Assembly: GCA_977018835.1 (NCBI GenBank)
Contig: OZ361260.1
Coordinates: 2,728,001-2,792,000, forward strand
Direction of reading: 5' to 3'
DNA: 64,000 nt
DNA from: Minutocellus sp. GHC0000111
Taxonomy: Eukaryota
Every line of letters begins with the position of its first letter. Position 1 is the stretch's first letter. The notes under the pieces are model-generated. The model was not told the DNA's origin. It saw only the letters and a program-made list of their open reading frames with translations, and searched no databases. Shown piece after piece: positions 33,985 through 46,121 of the stretch. Made by a program: the position numbers and the translations under genes.

Positions 33985-35781
33985 CTAACCATAACTCGTT
34001 TGCCGTTGGGCTTTGCCATGGCCTCGCTTCGATGGTTCGTCTTGCTTAGCAGCGCGCGCAGCTTCTCTCGACCTCCATCGGCGCAAGAAGGCGAGCACCC
34101 TTTCCGCCAGGGAATATCGCACAAGCTGCCGCAGCTTGGCCTCGGAACCCCAAACATACGCACCAATGTCAGCCGCGTACTGTGCCACGGCATTGAACTC
34201 GGCCCCCGTCCGACACTGCACGTTGTAAACCTCATCAAGCTTCACTCGATGCCTCTCCCGATCCCAGAGCCAAATCTGATCTTCCACATTGGAGGGGACC
34301 AAGGGTTGATCGCCCGTCCGCAGACGAGGATGAGCATGCATTCGCAGGAAGCGCAATATCTGTCCCGCCTCGATGCCAAGCTTGAAGGCCGACTTGATGG
34401 ATTCGCGAGTTATTCTGTAAAAGATGACATTGGGCAATCGTCGGTAGTTGGTAATGTCGCAAAACAGGCCCAACATGGACACATGAAGCTCACTGGTTGT
34501 ATACGCGCACAGTTGAAAATTGGTCTGCACAATAATGGCAACATGAGACCGGGAGGGACGGGGAGCATTGAGTGAAGCCTCCAGAGCACGGACGGCTGCG
34601 GCCGATGCCTCGGATCCACCGGCACCACCACCACCGTCTTCATCGTCGTCGTCGTCGTCCAACCCTCCCGCTACCAAATTCACAGCCACCCTCGTCGGGT
34701 AGAATACCTTGGAATTCTTGCCTCCTACTCCACCAGCAGCATCCGCCACGTACAGCAGTCCGAACTGCGAAAAGTCCTTCATCAGCGTCTGTCCAATCGC
34801 CGACAGTGCCGAGGCCGGATACGCCTCTCCAACCCGGCAGAAGCTGAGGCAGATGAGAAAAAGCAGCGCCTCGGAACGGATGTCCTCGCAGCGCTTGTGA
34901 TTTTCCAGCGATTGGAAGTACTGCAGGATGAACTGCCAAACCTGCACCCGCACGTCCTGCAGCATGAACTCGTATCCCTTGGAGGTGATGACGAGGGGGG
35001 CCTCGTCGAATCCCTCGCTGGCCGCGGCGGACCAGTCCGGATCGTACTGCTCCAGGAACCGCACCACGGCCGAGGGTGGATCCTCGACATCGTCGGGGGC
35101 CGACCCGACGAGGAAGTGCAGTACCGAATCCCACCGGCGCTGGGTGTACGTTTCGAGTTCGTTGGCGGTTGGGGGAGATGTTGACGAAGGCGACGATGAG
35201 GATTGCACTGCATCGTTACTAGCAGCCGCTGCCATGAGGACCTCCCTCGGTACGGCATCCCACGGGGCCGATTTCAGAGATGCCAGAGACGCCTGAATGG
35301 CGACTCGATATTCCGGCGTCAACCTGACGACGGCGGCCTCCTCTTCCGCCTTCTTCTTTTCTTCCGTCTCTTCCAAATCCACGTCCATGTCGATGACGTC
35401 GCTCCCCCGCCGACCGCCGAGGGCGCCCGGTGCCAGCGGCTCGATGATGCCCAGCCGCTCCATCCGGCGGAGGGCGGCGTCGGCCTCCCTCCTGCCGCGA
35501 GTTCCCGTCGACCAAAGCCGGACGAGCGACAGGGGGAACTCTCCGCCGCACGACGCCAGCCGCAGGACGAACTGGCCGCCGAGCTCCGGCAGGCGCTGCA
35601 GGACCGCGCGGGAGGCCGCGGGACCTCCCGGATCGGGAGCCGCGTACAGGCGGCGGAGGGACGACGGGGGCAGGCTCGACAGGTACTGGAAGAGGTCGCG
35701 GGTGGGGGCCGGCCCGGCGGTGGAGGCGGCGCCGGTTGTGGTGGTGGAGGAGGCGGTGGTGGTTTTGGCTTGTGCCGGCAT
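33985..35781 (-). CDS. GTF2H4: TFIIH subunit p52/Tfb2
   Basis: 'RWDSVLHFLV', 'ITSKGYEFML', 'FYPTR', 'IIVQTNFQLCAYT', 'GIEAGQILRFL..HAHP', 'VPSNVEDQIWLW'. Confidence 0.93.
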   Translation of the reverse strand: MPAQAKTTTASSTTTTGAASTAGPAPTRDLFQYLSSLPPSSLRRLYAAPDPGGPAASRAVLQRLPELGGQFVLRLASCGGEFPLSLVRLWSTGTRGRREADAALRRMERLGIIEPLAPGALGGRRGSDVIDMDVDLEETEEKKKAEEEAAVVRLTPEYRVAIQASLASLKSAPWDAVPREVLMAAAASNDAVQSSSSPSSTSPPTANELETYTQRRWDSVLHFLVGSAPDDVEDPPSAVVRFLEQYDPDWSAAASEGFDEAPLVITSKGYEFMLQDVRVQVWQFILQYFQSLENHKRCEDIRSEALLFLICLSFCRVGEAYPASALSAIGQTLMKDFSQFGLLYVADAAGGVGGKNSKVFYPTRVAVNLVAGGLDDDDDDEDGGGGAGGSEASAAAVRALEASLNAPRPSRSHVAIIVQTNFQLCAYTTSELHVSMLGLFCDITNYRRLPNVIFYRITRESIKSAFKLGIEAGQILRFLRMHAHPRLRTGDQPLVPSNVEDQIWLWDRERHRVKLDEVYNVQCRTGAEFNAVAQYAADIGAYVWGSEAKLRQLVRYSLAERVLAFLRRWRSREAARAAKQDEPSKRGHGKAQRQTSYG

Positions 35782-36514
35782 CGTTCTCGTGCTCGTGCTC
35801 GTAAACTCGGGGGGACACTTGGCAAGGGGTTCAGGGATGAATCCGGGGATGGAAGATACGATAGTATGAGGCGAATGGAGAGTCTGCGCAATGGGAATTC
35901 TACGTAGCTACTAAATAGGACCGCTAGCAAGTAGCGAGATAGTACCACTACAAGTAGTGCCGAGAGGCATGCATGCTCTCATCATCATCACCCAATTCAT
36001 CCAGCCATCCAGCCCGCCAGTCATGATGGTGGCGCGAATGAGAGTACAGCAACCTTTACTAATAAAGTACAGCAACCTAAAACTAAAAAAATGGTGACCA
36101 AAAGCGTTAAGCGGGACAACAAAAACGGGAAATGCAAAAGCGCGTTCTTTAGTTTAGTAGATCCGCCTCCCATTCTTTGCTGTTCATCGTCACCCTCGCC
36201 GCTGAAAACCAGAAATCAAACCAGATGGCATCTCAAAATTGCTATGATTTTTGGACGCTCTCACCCGAAGAATGACTGTGCGGTGCGTCATGAACATAAA
36301 CCGGCAGAATTATCATAGAGGGAAAAATTCCTCCTGCGGCATACTCAAAGGCCTTGCCAGGCTAAATGTAGGCCTACTACTACTGACAGGTGGCATTCAC
36401 CCCCGCCCCATCCAACACACACATCCCGCAATTTGCGGGATGTGGCCCTCAAAGTGCCAACAATTCATAAAATTACACAACCCATCCCGAGAGAAGCAAG
36501 CCCAACAGCCAGCC

Positions 36515-37601
36515 ATGATCAGACGAAACAGCGGCGAGAGACGTCCCATCGGCAGCAACATGAGCGTCGACCGGCCATCTCCGGTGCCGGTGCCGCAGGC
36601 GCCCTTGCCGCCTCGTCGGCGTCGGTCGTCGGGCGCATCTTCTCGATCCTCCTCGTCCGGGGTCCGCACCCAACAACAACAGCAACAACAGGCATTGCCA
36701 CCACCTCCGCGGAGAGTCGCCTTCAAGAATGAGACGAGGGTCCGTATCATCCATTCTTGGCGCGACATGTCCGAACGGCAGTGGCGCGATACGTGGGTGA
36801 CGGTGAGCTAGTTTTGGTTTTTGGATGTTGGTAGATGCTTTGCTTGTGTGCTTGTGTGAGGCCTGAGGCCTGCACCGTCCAAATCCAATCCGCCTGCGAA
36901 CACACACAAGTATGTGTATCATGCACCCCCAACCCCCCATTTGTTCGACAGGACGAAGACGTTGCCACCATGAAGCGAGATTCGCGCAAGACCGTCAAGG
37001 CCATGCGCAAGGCCACTTTGCTCGGCACCAGCCTCGCCCCCAAGCACTGTCCACGAGGCCTCGAACATTTGGCATCTCCCGAAGAACTTGCCCGCCGGTG
37101 CCGGCTGAGGGAGGACCTCACCAAGGCCGTCCTCGAAGAGCAGTCCCTGCAGCGTCGGGAGGGCATCTCCCGGCCTCACGCCCTGGCGAGGGTGTCTTCG
37201 GTTTTGTCCAAATGGACTCGAGATGACTCGCACCAGGCTGCCATGAACGACGCTACGGTGGCAGGAAGCATCTATGCCGGGGACGTTGAAAATGACCGCC
37301 GACCTGCCGCAGCTCCAGCGCCATCTGCCCTTTTGCCCTGCGTAGATGATGCCGAAGCTACTACCGATGCCGCATCTTCGTCGACTAGCACTTCTCATTC
37401 CAAAACCGCCAGCAGGCGTGTAGGTCATCGTCATCGTCAGGTGGTGGTAGTAGTATCACCAAGAAGAATAAGACAACCAACGATTCTCCTGCAAGTTCCA
37501 AAGCCGATAAAACCAACACTAGTGCTACCCTAAAGGATGAACGTCGCAGCATCCAATCAGGAGATGCCTTCAGCATGTCCCAAGCTTCAGCGATCGCTTG
37601 A
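36515..37601 (+). CDS. Diatom-type uncharacterised protein ('RV.F...C.RGLE' family); intron 36803-36951, probable late frameshift
   Basis: 'RRVAFKNETRVR...DTWVT|DED..MK' and 'CPRGLEHL...AVLEEQ..QR..G'. Confidence 0.6.
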
Positions 37602-37991
37602 CATTACCGGTACTGCCAGAAGTAGAGTCTAGAACCCCTGAGTTACCGACACAGCGGCTGGACGAGGCCCAGCTCTGCAGATGACATTGTACATACTAAA
37701 ACTGACTTCCAAGTGATAGACTCTACATTACGAACGCATAACATAAAATTACATACTCGAACACACGACATGTATTGTACACATAGAGAGATCTACATAT
37801 ATTGTCAGTCAGCAGAAGAAAAAGCTGAAGAAAATGTGTTAAAAAAACCACCATGATGGTGTTGTTGTTCTTCTCATTTAATTTTTGACGAACTAGATCT
37901 ACAATGTATAGCTGACCTGATTATCAGTCACATTCGTCTGCTGATCTGATAAAGAACCACCCTTGAACCGATAGATCTAGGCCTACATGTA

Positions 37992-38274
37992 CCGTGATTA
38001 CCATAGAAAACCTGCCCGCTTTTTGAAAACCTGCCTGTATCTTTGAGGAGTGGTTAAAAACCTGCCTCTAATACAAGGGGTAAAATCTTCCCAGTTTTGG
38101 GCAGGTTTCTGGCGAATTTGTGGAGAAAACCTGCCCAAACACGTCAATTTTACGTCATTTTAGCATCAAAACCCCCTTTTTCTAAAACCTGCCCGTACCT
38201 CCAACCTGCCCCTGAAAACCTGCCCTTACGAAAAAGGTAAAACCTGCCAGGCAGGTTTTCTATGGTAATCACGG
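37992..38274. mobile_element. MITE (Tc1/mariner-like), copy 2
   Basis: TIR ccgtgattaccatagaaaacctgcc / ggcaggttttctatggtaatcacgg, TA on both sides; internal sequence homologous to 27601-27849 with extra AAAACCTGCC units. Confidence 0.92.
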
Positions 38275-38554
38275 TACGTAGAGAGGGAATCTCGACTCCT
38301 CGACGTGTCTCGCGCCGTCGATGATTCATTCGATTCTCCCGTGATGCGGTCCAGCTGTTTCGGGGAGATTGGTAGCAAACTTAACTTTAAAAGAACCCGG
38401 AGCAAAGACAACCTGAGGTGGTTGCGGGATTTTGGTGGCCCGACCAACGATAACCAGCTGAAAACCGTACAGTCAACCACAACCCAAGGGCCCTCGGCCA
38501 AACCTTCATTCAGCTCTCGACCCGATCCCCCCACCCCCCGTGACTGCTTGCAAC

Positions 38555-41500
38555 ATGCTGCGCGTGGCGGCGGCAACAGCTGCGCCGTCTGCCAAAGCAG
38601 CCAAGCGCATACGACCTCGAGCTCGGGGTGCCGTCGATGTTTGCGGTAGGCTTGCACCACCTGCCAACGGTTCCAGTTCGTCCCGAGCGACTTCCATCTC
38701 CAACGTGCCAGCGACTGGTTCTGGTTATTCCCGGCATTTGTCTCATGCTGTAAGCCAGGTGGAGCGCATTCAAGCGCCACGTGAGTATCCTTGCGTGCGT
38801 TGCATGTCTACCACTGCCGATGTCGAGGGACTGCTCTCCACCACCTCATCATCGTCAAGCGGCAGCAGAACTTCCAACGTCCGAAGCAGCAACAATAATG
38901 AAAAAGGCAGAAGCAGCAAAGGTAGTAATAACAGACCACGAGATCATCAACATCGATTAGCGAGCTCAAAGGGAGGACGAAACCAACAGCAGCAAAAGGA
39001 AAGGAGGAAGCACAAAGCCAAAGGAGTTGCAAGCAAGCGGCCAGTCCATGCGAGTGATGCGATTGCCGCCGCTGCCGTCGCGGCTCGGGCGTTTCCCGAC
39101 AAGGCGGCTCTGCTCTTGCCCCGAGCTACCGAACGGATGGGAGCATTTTTGCGAAGCCGGGCTCTCCTCCCCCCTCCGCCATCGTCCTGGCTGCACCCTG
39201 CTGATGGCTTGCACTTTCAAGACCTAGTCGACGAACAAAGTGATAACGAAAGCGAGGTGCTCGTACAGCGCATTGCCCTGCACAATGACGTGGTTCAGCT
39301 CCTTCTCATTCTTCGTGATTCCATATTGGGAGGGCACATTACACCTCGAGGTGGTCGGAATGGGCTAATCCTGTGGGACCTTTTGGGCAACATTTTGCTG
39401 CTGTTGGGAGAGTCGCCACCCTCCCATCTAACAGTTGCGGGCAATGCTGAGACTACCAAACGGACCATGTCTCCAGCCGATGCCGCTGCTATCGCCCTGG
39501 ACCTGCTCCGGCGGACCAACTTGGATGTGCGGCCGGATCACTACGCCTCGGCCATTCGAGCTGCCTGCCATGACGGGCGGTGGAAGATGGCGTCCGACTT
39601 GTTTTCGTCGCAGGTCAATCCAGATTCGGCGGGCCTGGTACCGGTCGATTCGACCCTTGGCTTGGATAGCACGGCCGAGTTGGGACTATATGCGATTGCC
39701 CGTCACAGCCAAGCAGAGCAAATAGAGACCGCTGATAGACCATCTGTTGCAGATAAGGTCTTCGATGCTGCCCTTGGCATGTCGATAATCTCTCCAACTG
39801 ATCAAGACAATTGTAAGTGCTATTGTGTCGTTACAAATTTATTGACTTGTACCGAATTCACACAGTATTTAACTCACCAAACTCGAAATGGTTCTAATGT
39901 TTTGCATGCATTTCATTATGTGCCCGAAATGCCAACAGACGTATTGGCAGCGGGATCGGCACTAGGAAGAGCCGGTGAATGGGAAGCATGCGTCGAGTAT
40001 GCAAGGAGGAGCGACAATGCTGATAGATTGGGACAACCGCTCGTAGCGGCCGCAATGCTCGCCTGCGTCGAATGCTCACAGTACGATACCGCACTAGATG
40101 TGTACGGAGAAAGCACATCGAATCCGTCGCTGGGAGGATCTGAATGGCAATGGGGTGGTGGCTTTGACATTGTTCATCCCGTTTCGCGAGATCTTGCATT
40201 CCGCTCCATGGGCCGATCAAGCAGTGGCGGCTGGGGAGAACAGGCAATGGACATATTTCGAAATCGAATTATCAAAGAATGCGCAAAAATTAGCAAAGAT
40301 GCTATCCGGGGCCTAGTCATGGCACTCGAGCGCGACGGAGAATGGAAATTTACGCTCGAGGTACTGAACATTTTGTTGAGGAGAAAAGGCTCAGACAAAG
40401 GGTCCTTCACAAGTAATGACTGGACACTTGTATCACAGAGCATTGATGTGCATTCCAAAGACCAGGCATATGCCACCACTCATACAGAGGCTATAAGTGA
40501 CGATGTGTTATCATCCATAATGAACTCATGCAATTCAAGCGGCGAATACGGTTTGGCCCTTTTCTGCGAAAGGATGGTGGCCATACAAAATGGACAAAGA
40601 CAAAGCAAGATGGACTACGCCACAAACAACGTCCACCACGCTATAGCTAGAACATTGTCGACTCCCAGGTCAGATGGCGGATTGCAAAATGAGCGCTTGG
40701 TTCTGGCCCAGATGTCATCTTTATGTGGTTTGAACTGCTACGATGAAGCTGTTGCACTTTTCGAAGCGACATCTCGAGCCGAGGCCGGGAAGGAACTGCG
40801 ACAAGCCAAGATTTGTGCTGAATTTGCAGATACCGAGGCGGCTTCTCTCAACAGCATCATGTTCGTGAAAGCTCAAGCATGGAAAGTGGCCTTTCGACAC
40901 ATGGATCGCATTTGCTCCGCGGCCTTTATTCTTGGAGAAAATGCCAAGGACCTATCAAATGAAGAAGCACTGGTTTTCGCTGAGGCACTGGGCCATTGCA
41001 TATCACTTTGCAATGATGCAGGCCAACCGCGTGCGGGTTTAGCCCTCGCGGAGCATGTATTTGGGTTGCTCGACTCTTCTAAAGGTGAAGGTCAGTCGTT
41101 AGGCTCTTCCATTATGTCATTTTTGGGTATCGGAAAAGGGAACAATGAAATCAAGTCGAATCTAGCGCTCGGATCACACAAATTCGAGAGGAGCGACTTG
41201 TTGCTATCCGCCACCATGCGATTGTACCATTTATTGGATAGAAGTCATGATGCCATTGACTTATTCTTTGACACAGTCGATCGTATTTCAGGCCAAGAGA
41301 AGGAATCCGAGCATTCTGATTTCGTTCATAGTTGGAATGAGGCTGTTGCTTTACTCTTTTACGAGGGCAGGTCAGAAGAGGCAATGAATTTGTACGATGC
41401 TTTGGAAGATCATCTTAAGACCCCCGAAACCTTTGTCGCAGTAGCGAAGGGCTTGGCATCGCAGCAGAATTGGAGGGCCGTAAGTAGAATTTATACCAAA

Positions 41501-42170
41501 GCCCTGTTAGGGTTAGGGTTAAAGAGCACTGCTTATCGGAAGATCTTGCCCTGGTGGCAATGAAAGCTGTTGTGGAACAGGAACTAGACGGAAAGATACC
41601 TACATCACGCAGCATTGTAGATGAAGTGGCCAAGATCGAAGGGCATTCCAATAAACACTGGATCAAAGCTCGCTATTGGACACTCAAGCGTGAGTTCGGA
41701 TGGCGATATGCCAGATTATTGATGTGGTGGAACGATCCAAACATTGCATCGGAAGAGGAGCTACTACTTGCCGTTGAGCAACTCGAGGTGGCGAAGAATG
41801 ACGGCATTATATCCCAAGGAACGACGACTTGCGGTGCATTGTTCGATATGCGGACTCAAAAATGCGTCGAGGTGAGGATGCTTTCGGCTCTTTGCAGAGA
41901 TCGCAAGTGATTGAGCTAGTGTTAGAAGCCATACTGGAGGCGCAGCGAACATCCTTGTGGACACAGCCGTCTTTCATTACCAGTTCTGCTGCAAGTCTCC
42001 GCATTCTGAGCGCCAACAAAGAGTGCGTTCAATTGGTCCGCGATACACTATCACGTGGCATCCGTGTCAGCAAAAGGGCACTTTTTGAAGCTCTCGGCTC
42101 TGCACGAGATATCGACGATAGTGATGCCGTAGAAGAGTTGTCTGCTGCTTTAGAGGACTTAAAATATTGA
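38555..42170 (+). CDS. Large alpha-helical repeat (PPR-like) protein with a possible mitochondrial presequence; probable intron ~39813-39938, frameshifts near the 3' end
   Basis: Arg/Ala/Ser-rich N-terminus; PPR-like helices 'YASAIRAACHDGRWKMASDLF', 'ALERDGEWKFTLEVL', 'WNEAVALLFYEGRSEEAMNLY'. Confidence 0.55.
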
Positions 42171-42259
42171 TTAGGCGTGCCTCTTACCATGCGACTATTC
42201 TCTACACGTAGCTACTACATAGTATGCAGTTCTTTCTAACATCCAAGCTGTTGAGCAAA

Positions 42260-43401
42260 CTACTTCTCTATCAAATCTGGGTTCCCAAGCGCCCCTGCGA
42301 ACCGAATCCTATCATCTTGAGATAATAATTCGCCCGTGATGTCCATGTCCTGTTTGAGATGTTGAGGGCTTGCAGATCCAATCATTGGCGTCGCCCCAAG
42401 AGATAGGACAAAGGCAAATATTACCTGCTGAGGAGTCACTTCGTATTTTTTTGCAAGATCCTTTGAGACAGAACCCCCAATAGTACCACCATTCCCCGTC
42501 AAGACCCAAAATGCTTGCCACCGAATGTTGTGCTTCTGAATGAATGATCTCAATGGCACGTTAAACTGCCGGTTCGAATGAAATCGATTCTGGAGTATGG
42601 TTGGTTTGATACGCACTTCATCATAGAATCGTTCGAGGTAATTCAAATCATGAACATTGGTCAAGCCAAGGTATCGTATCGCCCCCTCGTCAACAAGCTT
42701 TTCCATTTCGTTCCAAGCCTCTCTTATTTGATCATACGAATCAAGCTTCGACTTGAGATTGTGGTAGAGGACAGCATCCAAATAGGTCGTGTTGAGATTC
42801 TTTAGGCTCGATTGCACCGAGAGGCGTACTTGGTCAGCAATGGTTAGCTCAGATGTGGTTGTATCGGAAATGGTTGCCGGTGACCAATTCTTATCATAGT
42901 CTGGGTTGCTGTTGGAAACGAAGCATGTTTGTAGGAACAACTCTTCTCGACTTGACACCGTCTGTGATTTCTTCAGTGCCTGTCGGATACCCTCGCCCAC
43001 TGCCGCTTCGTTGTAATTCATATGTCTACCTGCAGTCGCAATGTGATGATATCCGCCATCGATTGCCTGGACCACATTTGCGGCTGTTTTGTCCCAACGC
43101 TTATTAGTTCCAAAGGCAAGCCTGCCCATCTCTGCCCCCTTTCTGGTATCGGTCTGCCGACTGCCACCGCCGCTACTGAAGATGCCATCGCTGGATTTCC
43201 ATGTCCGCGAGAATACCAAACTAGTAGACCAGCCAAACCAACGAACACGGCTACAGTTCGTGCCATCCATGAGCATTTTGCAACGTCATTGGCACCAAGA
43301 GCAGCCCTTCTTGGTCTCATGCCCGCTTCGATGTCTTGTGCCGGTCGGGAAGACGACATCGCCACGTTCTTCCGCCTCATGGTCTCCTTTGCTCTTGCCA
43401 T
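42260..43401 (-). CDS. Aldo/keto reductase family protein with N-terminal membrane anchor (frameshift ~43150)
   Basis: 'YNEAAVGEGI', 'REELFLQT', 'SLKNLNTTYLDAVLYH', 'MEKLVDEGAIRYLGLTN', 'QNRFH'. Confidence 0.85.
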
Positions 43402-43683
43402 CTACGTGTACCGGTAAGGGTAAGTAAGTGCAAGCAAGATAAGAGCTGATAGCGGCAAACTAAGCAGCAGTGGCGAACATGCAGTGAACGAACAGTGCTT
43501 GTGGACTACGAGTACTGTGTGCGTGCTCGTAACGCATTCACGCATGTCGGTCGGTACCAATTACCTAAGAAACGGGGTTAATTGAGATGGAAAAGCTTCC
43601 CGGCCGGGCGGGCAACGCTAACGGCAACCATCGGACCCCAACAATCGGATTAATTAGTTTCACAATCAATTTACAAATTCAAG

Positions 43684-44607
43684 ATGAGCCAAACAAAGCA
43701 GCAAGATGACAGGGCCGATCGGACGACGCTGGAGGGCATGATTGTCAACGCATCGTGTATTCTTGACCAGGCTCTGGACCCGAAATGCAAAGGGATACCC
43801 CGCCAACTCCTCGAGGGATGCAAGGGTGTGGCTATTATTTCGGTCGTAGAAGCTGGATTCATTTTTTCGGGTCATGCCGGAACTGGCGTTCTCCTAGCCA
43901 AGAGAACGGATGGATCATGGAGTCCCCCCAGTGCTCTCGGATTAGCAGGCGTTGGCTTCGGCGCTCTGTTCGGCGCAGCAGTCAAGGATCTCATCATCGT
44001 CCTTGTCGACGAAGAAGCGATCAAAGCCTTCACTGCCATGAATCAAGTGAAACTTGGTGGAGAAGTGGGAGTTGCGATCGGCCCAGTCGGAAGAGAGATG
44101 TCAGGAGACTACAACATTAGTGGTAAGGGAGCTGGGTTGGCCTTGACGTATACCTTTTCCAAAGGGCTGTTTGCCGGTATTGGTCTGGAGGGCGCAATCA
44201 TCAGAGGGCGCGCTGGGGAGGTAAGTGCATAATTTTTCAGAATTGAATGAATCGAATATGTCGAATCTTTCGAAAAGATCATATCAAATCTCATGTGTCC
44301 TGATTATGCCTGCTCACACCATACATGAATTCCACAGAATGAAAGGTTCTACGGACAGCCCGCAACTCCTCAAGAAATACAATTTGGCGGCTTCGTCGAA
44401 GCACCGAAAGGAAAAGGAATCGAAAACCTACACCAAAAGTTGGAAATAATGCGACGCGGAGAGACATGTGTTCCATCGGAGGAAGAGCAGAAGAAGAACG
44501 AGAAGCTCAAACTTGAGGCTGATAGAGCTGGAAGAGAAGCCAAGGCAAGTCAAGGCACAGCTGTGGAGCATGTCGTTGCCGGAGATATCGCGACAATGGA
44601 TGATTGA
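43684..44607 (+). CDS. Ysc84/SYLF-domain protein; intron 44221-44337
   Basis: 'IPRQLL...AGFIFSGHAGTGVLLA...WSPPSA', 'GPVGR', 'SKGLFAGIGLEGA...N.RFYG'. Confidence 0.9.
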
Positions 44608-44811
44608 GTAGGAAGGATGTCGCAATAGAGTGGATTGACCCGAAATTTTATTTACTTTAGAATATTCAATTAGGATCCCTACTAGTATTGATGTGATGCA
44701 TCGCAGATATCCGGATCGCCAAGATCTGCTAACTTTAGACTCTCTTATGCGATACCCTCCTATGGCGTGGGCTGCTAAACAATATTTTATCATACCAGCA
44801 CGTATCCTTTA

Positions 44812-45753
44812 TCAACTCTCCGAGTCAGCGCTCTCAAAGCTACTGTCGCTAAAGTGGAACAAATATAGACCACTATCGCTATTGCGACGGGTGCCTCGAT
44901 CATGACTCTCGAGTGTTCCACGTCCAGTATCACCAGGTTCGTTCCCACACGGAGCACTTCCTGGCGCAGGAAGACCAGGCGGCGGTGCGACGACAGGTGG
45001 CCCATCCGATATCGGTTCTGGGAAGAACTTTAGCCCTTGCGAGTGATAGGAAGATTCCAATCGGGCAACGCCTTCGGGATCAAGATCTCCGAGCTCGACA
45101 TGTAATTCCCTCTTCTTTTGAAGATTCTCGTGAACCATTTCCGCCGAGCGTTGGGATGGGCGAATGAAAAATCCCCCGCCCTGGACGCCCTCATCGACAT
45201 TTGTCGAGTCAAGATCAGGATGCAGTTCGATAAGTTCCTCCTTGGACATTACCACAACGTCATCTCCAACACATACCTCACCACCGATGAGGATCTCACA
45301 ACTCACGCCTGCTTCATCCCACACAGCTTCCATTAGGCCACCTATACCGTTCTTTCGCTCGTTGTACATGCAAGGAACACAGTGTCGATGACAAAACACA
45401 ACGGCGGTGGCACCAATTCTGACGGCCTTCCCGACCCATTTCAACAATTCGCCCTCGGGTACTCCACGGAGGACAATGTTCCTCCTCAACGATCCCAAGT
45501 CATCGATCGAGATCCCTGCCTTGGAAAGGACAGCCTCGGCACCATCGGCACTGATCAGCGTCAGCTGACGGCCTGGCTCTTGCTCGCCGGCATTTAGCTT
45601 TGAGTTGCGAAACACAGAGTATGTCCCCACCTTTTGAGCGTATCTATCCCCCTCAAAACCAATCCCTGCGAGTAAGTTGGCTTTCGCGACAGATTCCATC
45701 GTACCACCGGCCGATTTGCATGTGTGCAACGATTCAATTGATGTTTTCGTCAT
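44812..45753 (-). CDS. MOSC-domain protein
   Basis: 'GFEGDRY', 'RQLTLIS', 'LRRNIV', 'HCVPC', 'GGEVCVGD'. Confidence 0.85.
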   Translation of the reverse strand: MTKTSIESLHTCKSAGGTMESVAKANLLAGIGFEGDRYAQKVGTYSVFRNSKLNAGEQEPGRQLTLISADGAEAVLSKAGISIDDLGSLRRNIVLRGVPEGELLKWVGKAVRIGATAVVFCHRHCVPCMYNERKNGIGGLMEAVWDEAGVSCEILIGGEVCVGDDVVVMSKEELIELHPDLDSTNVDEGVQGGGFFIRPSQRSAEMVHENLQKKRELHVELGDLDPEGVARLESSYHSQGLKFFPEPISDGPPVVAPPPGLPAPGSAPCGNEPGDTGRGTLESHDRGTRRNSDSGLYLFHFSDSSFESADSES

Positions 45754-46121
45754 GGCTGCGTACAAACTTTGCGCTCTAGAAACAAGAATAACTACGGATG
45801 CAGCTATGCAGCTACACGTATGGGATGCGATGGGATGCGGGCCATTGCTATTTGGCATGTTCTCTGCATGCGGGCAACGTGGCGAGTTTCTCCGCCGCTT
45901 TCTTTTTTACGAGCGACACAATGGCCCCATTCTTCTTACAATGGCCCGTTGCCTTGCTACATGTAAGACTTATTTTCCTTGCCGAAGCCAGCCAGCACTC
46001 TCACGTACGTCTTGCAATCTCTAATAGACGAGCTAGACCTACGTGGCTAGCTAGCTGTAGTATTTCATCCTCTCTAGTATATAGATCTAGATCTACCGGT
46101 ACGGTACAGTAAAAAAGTCTC

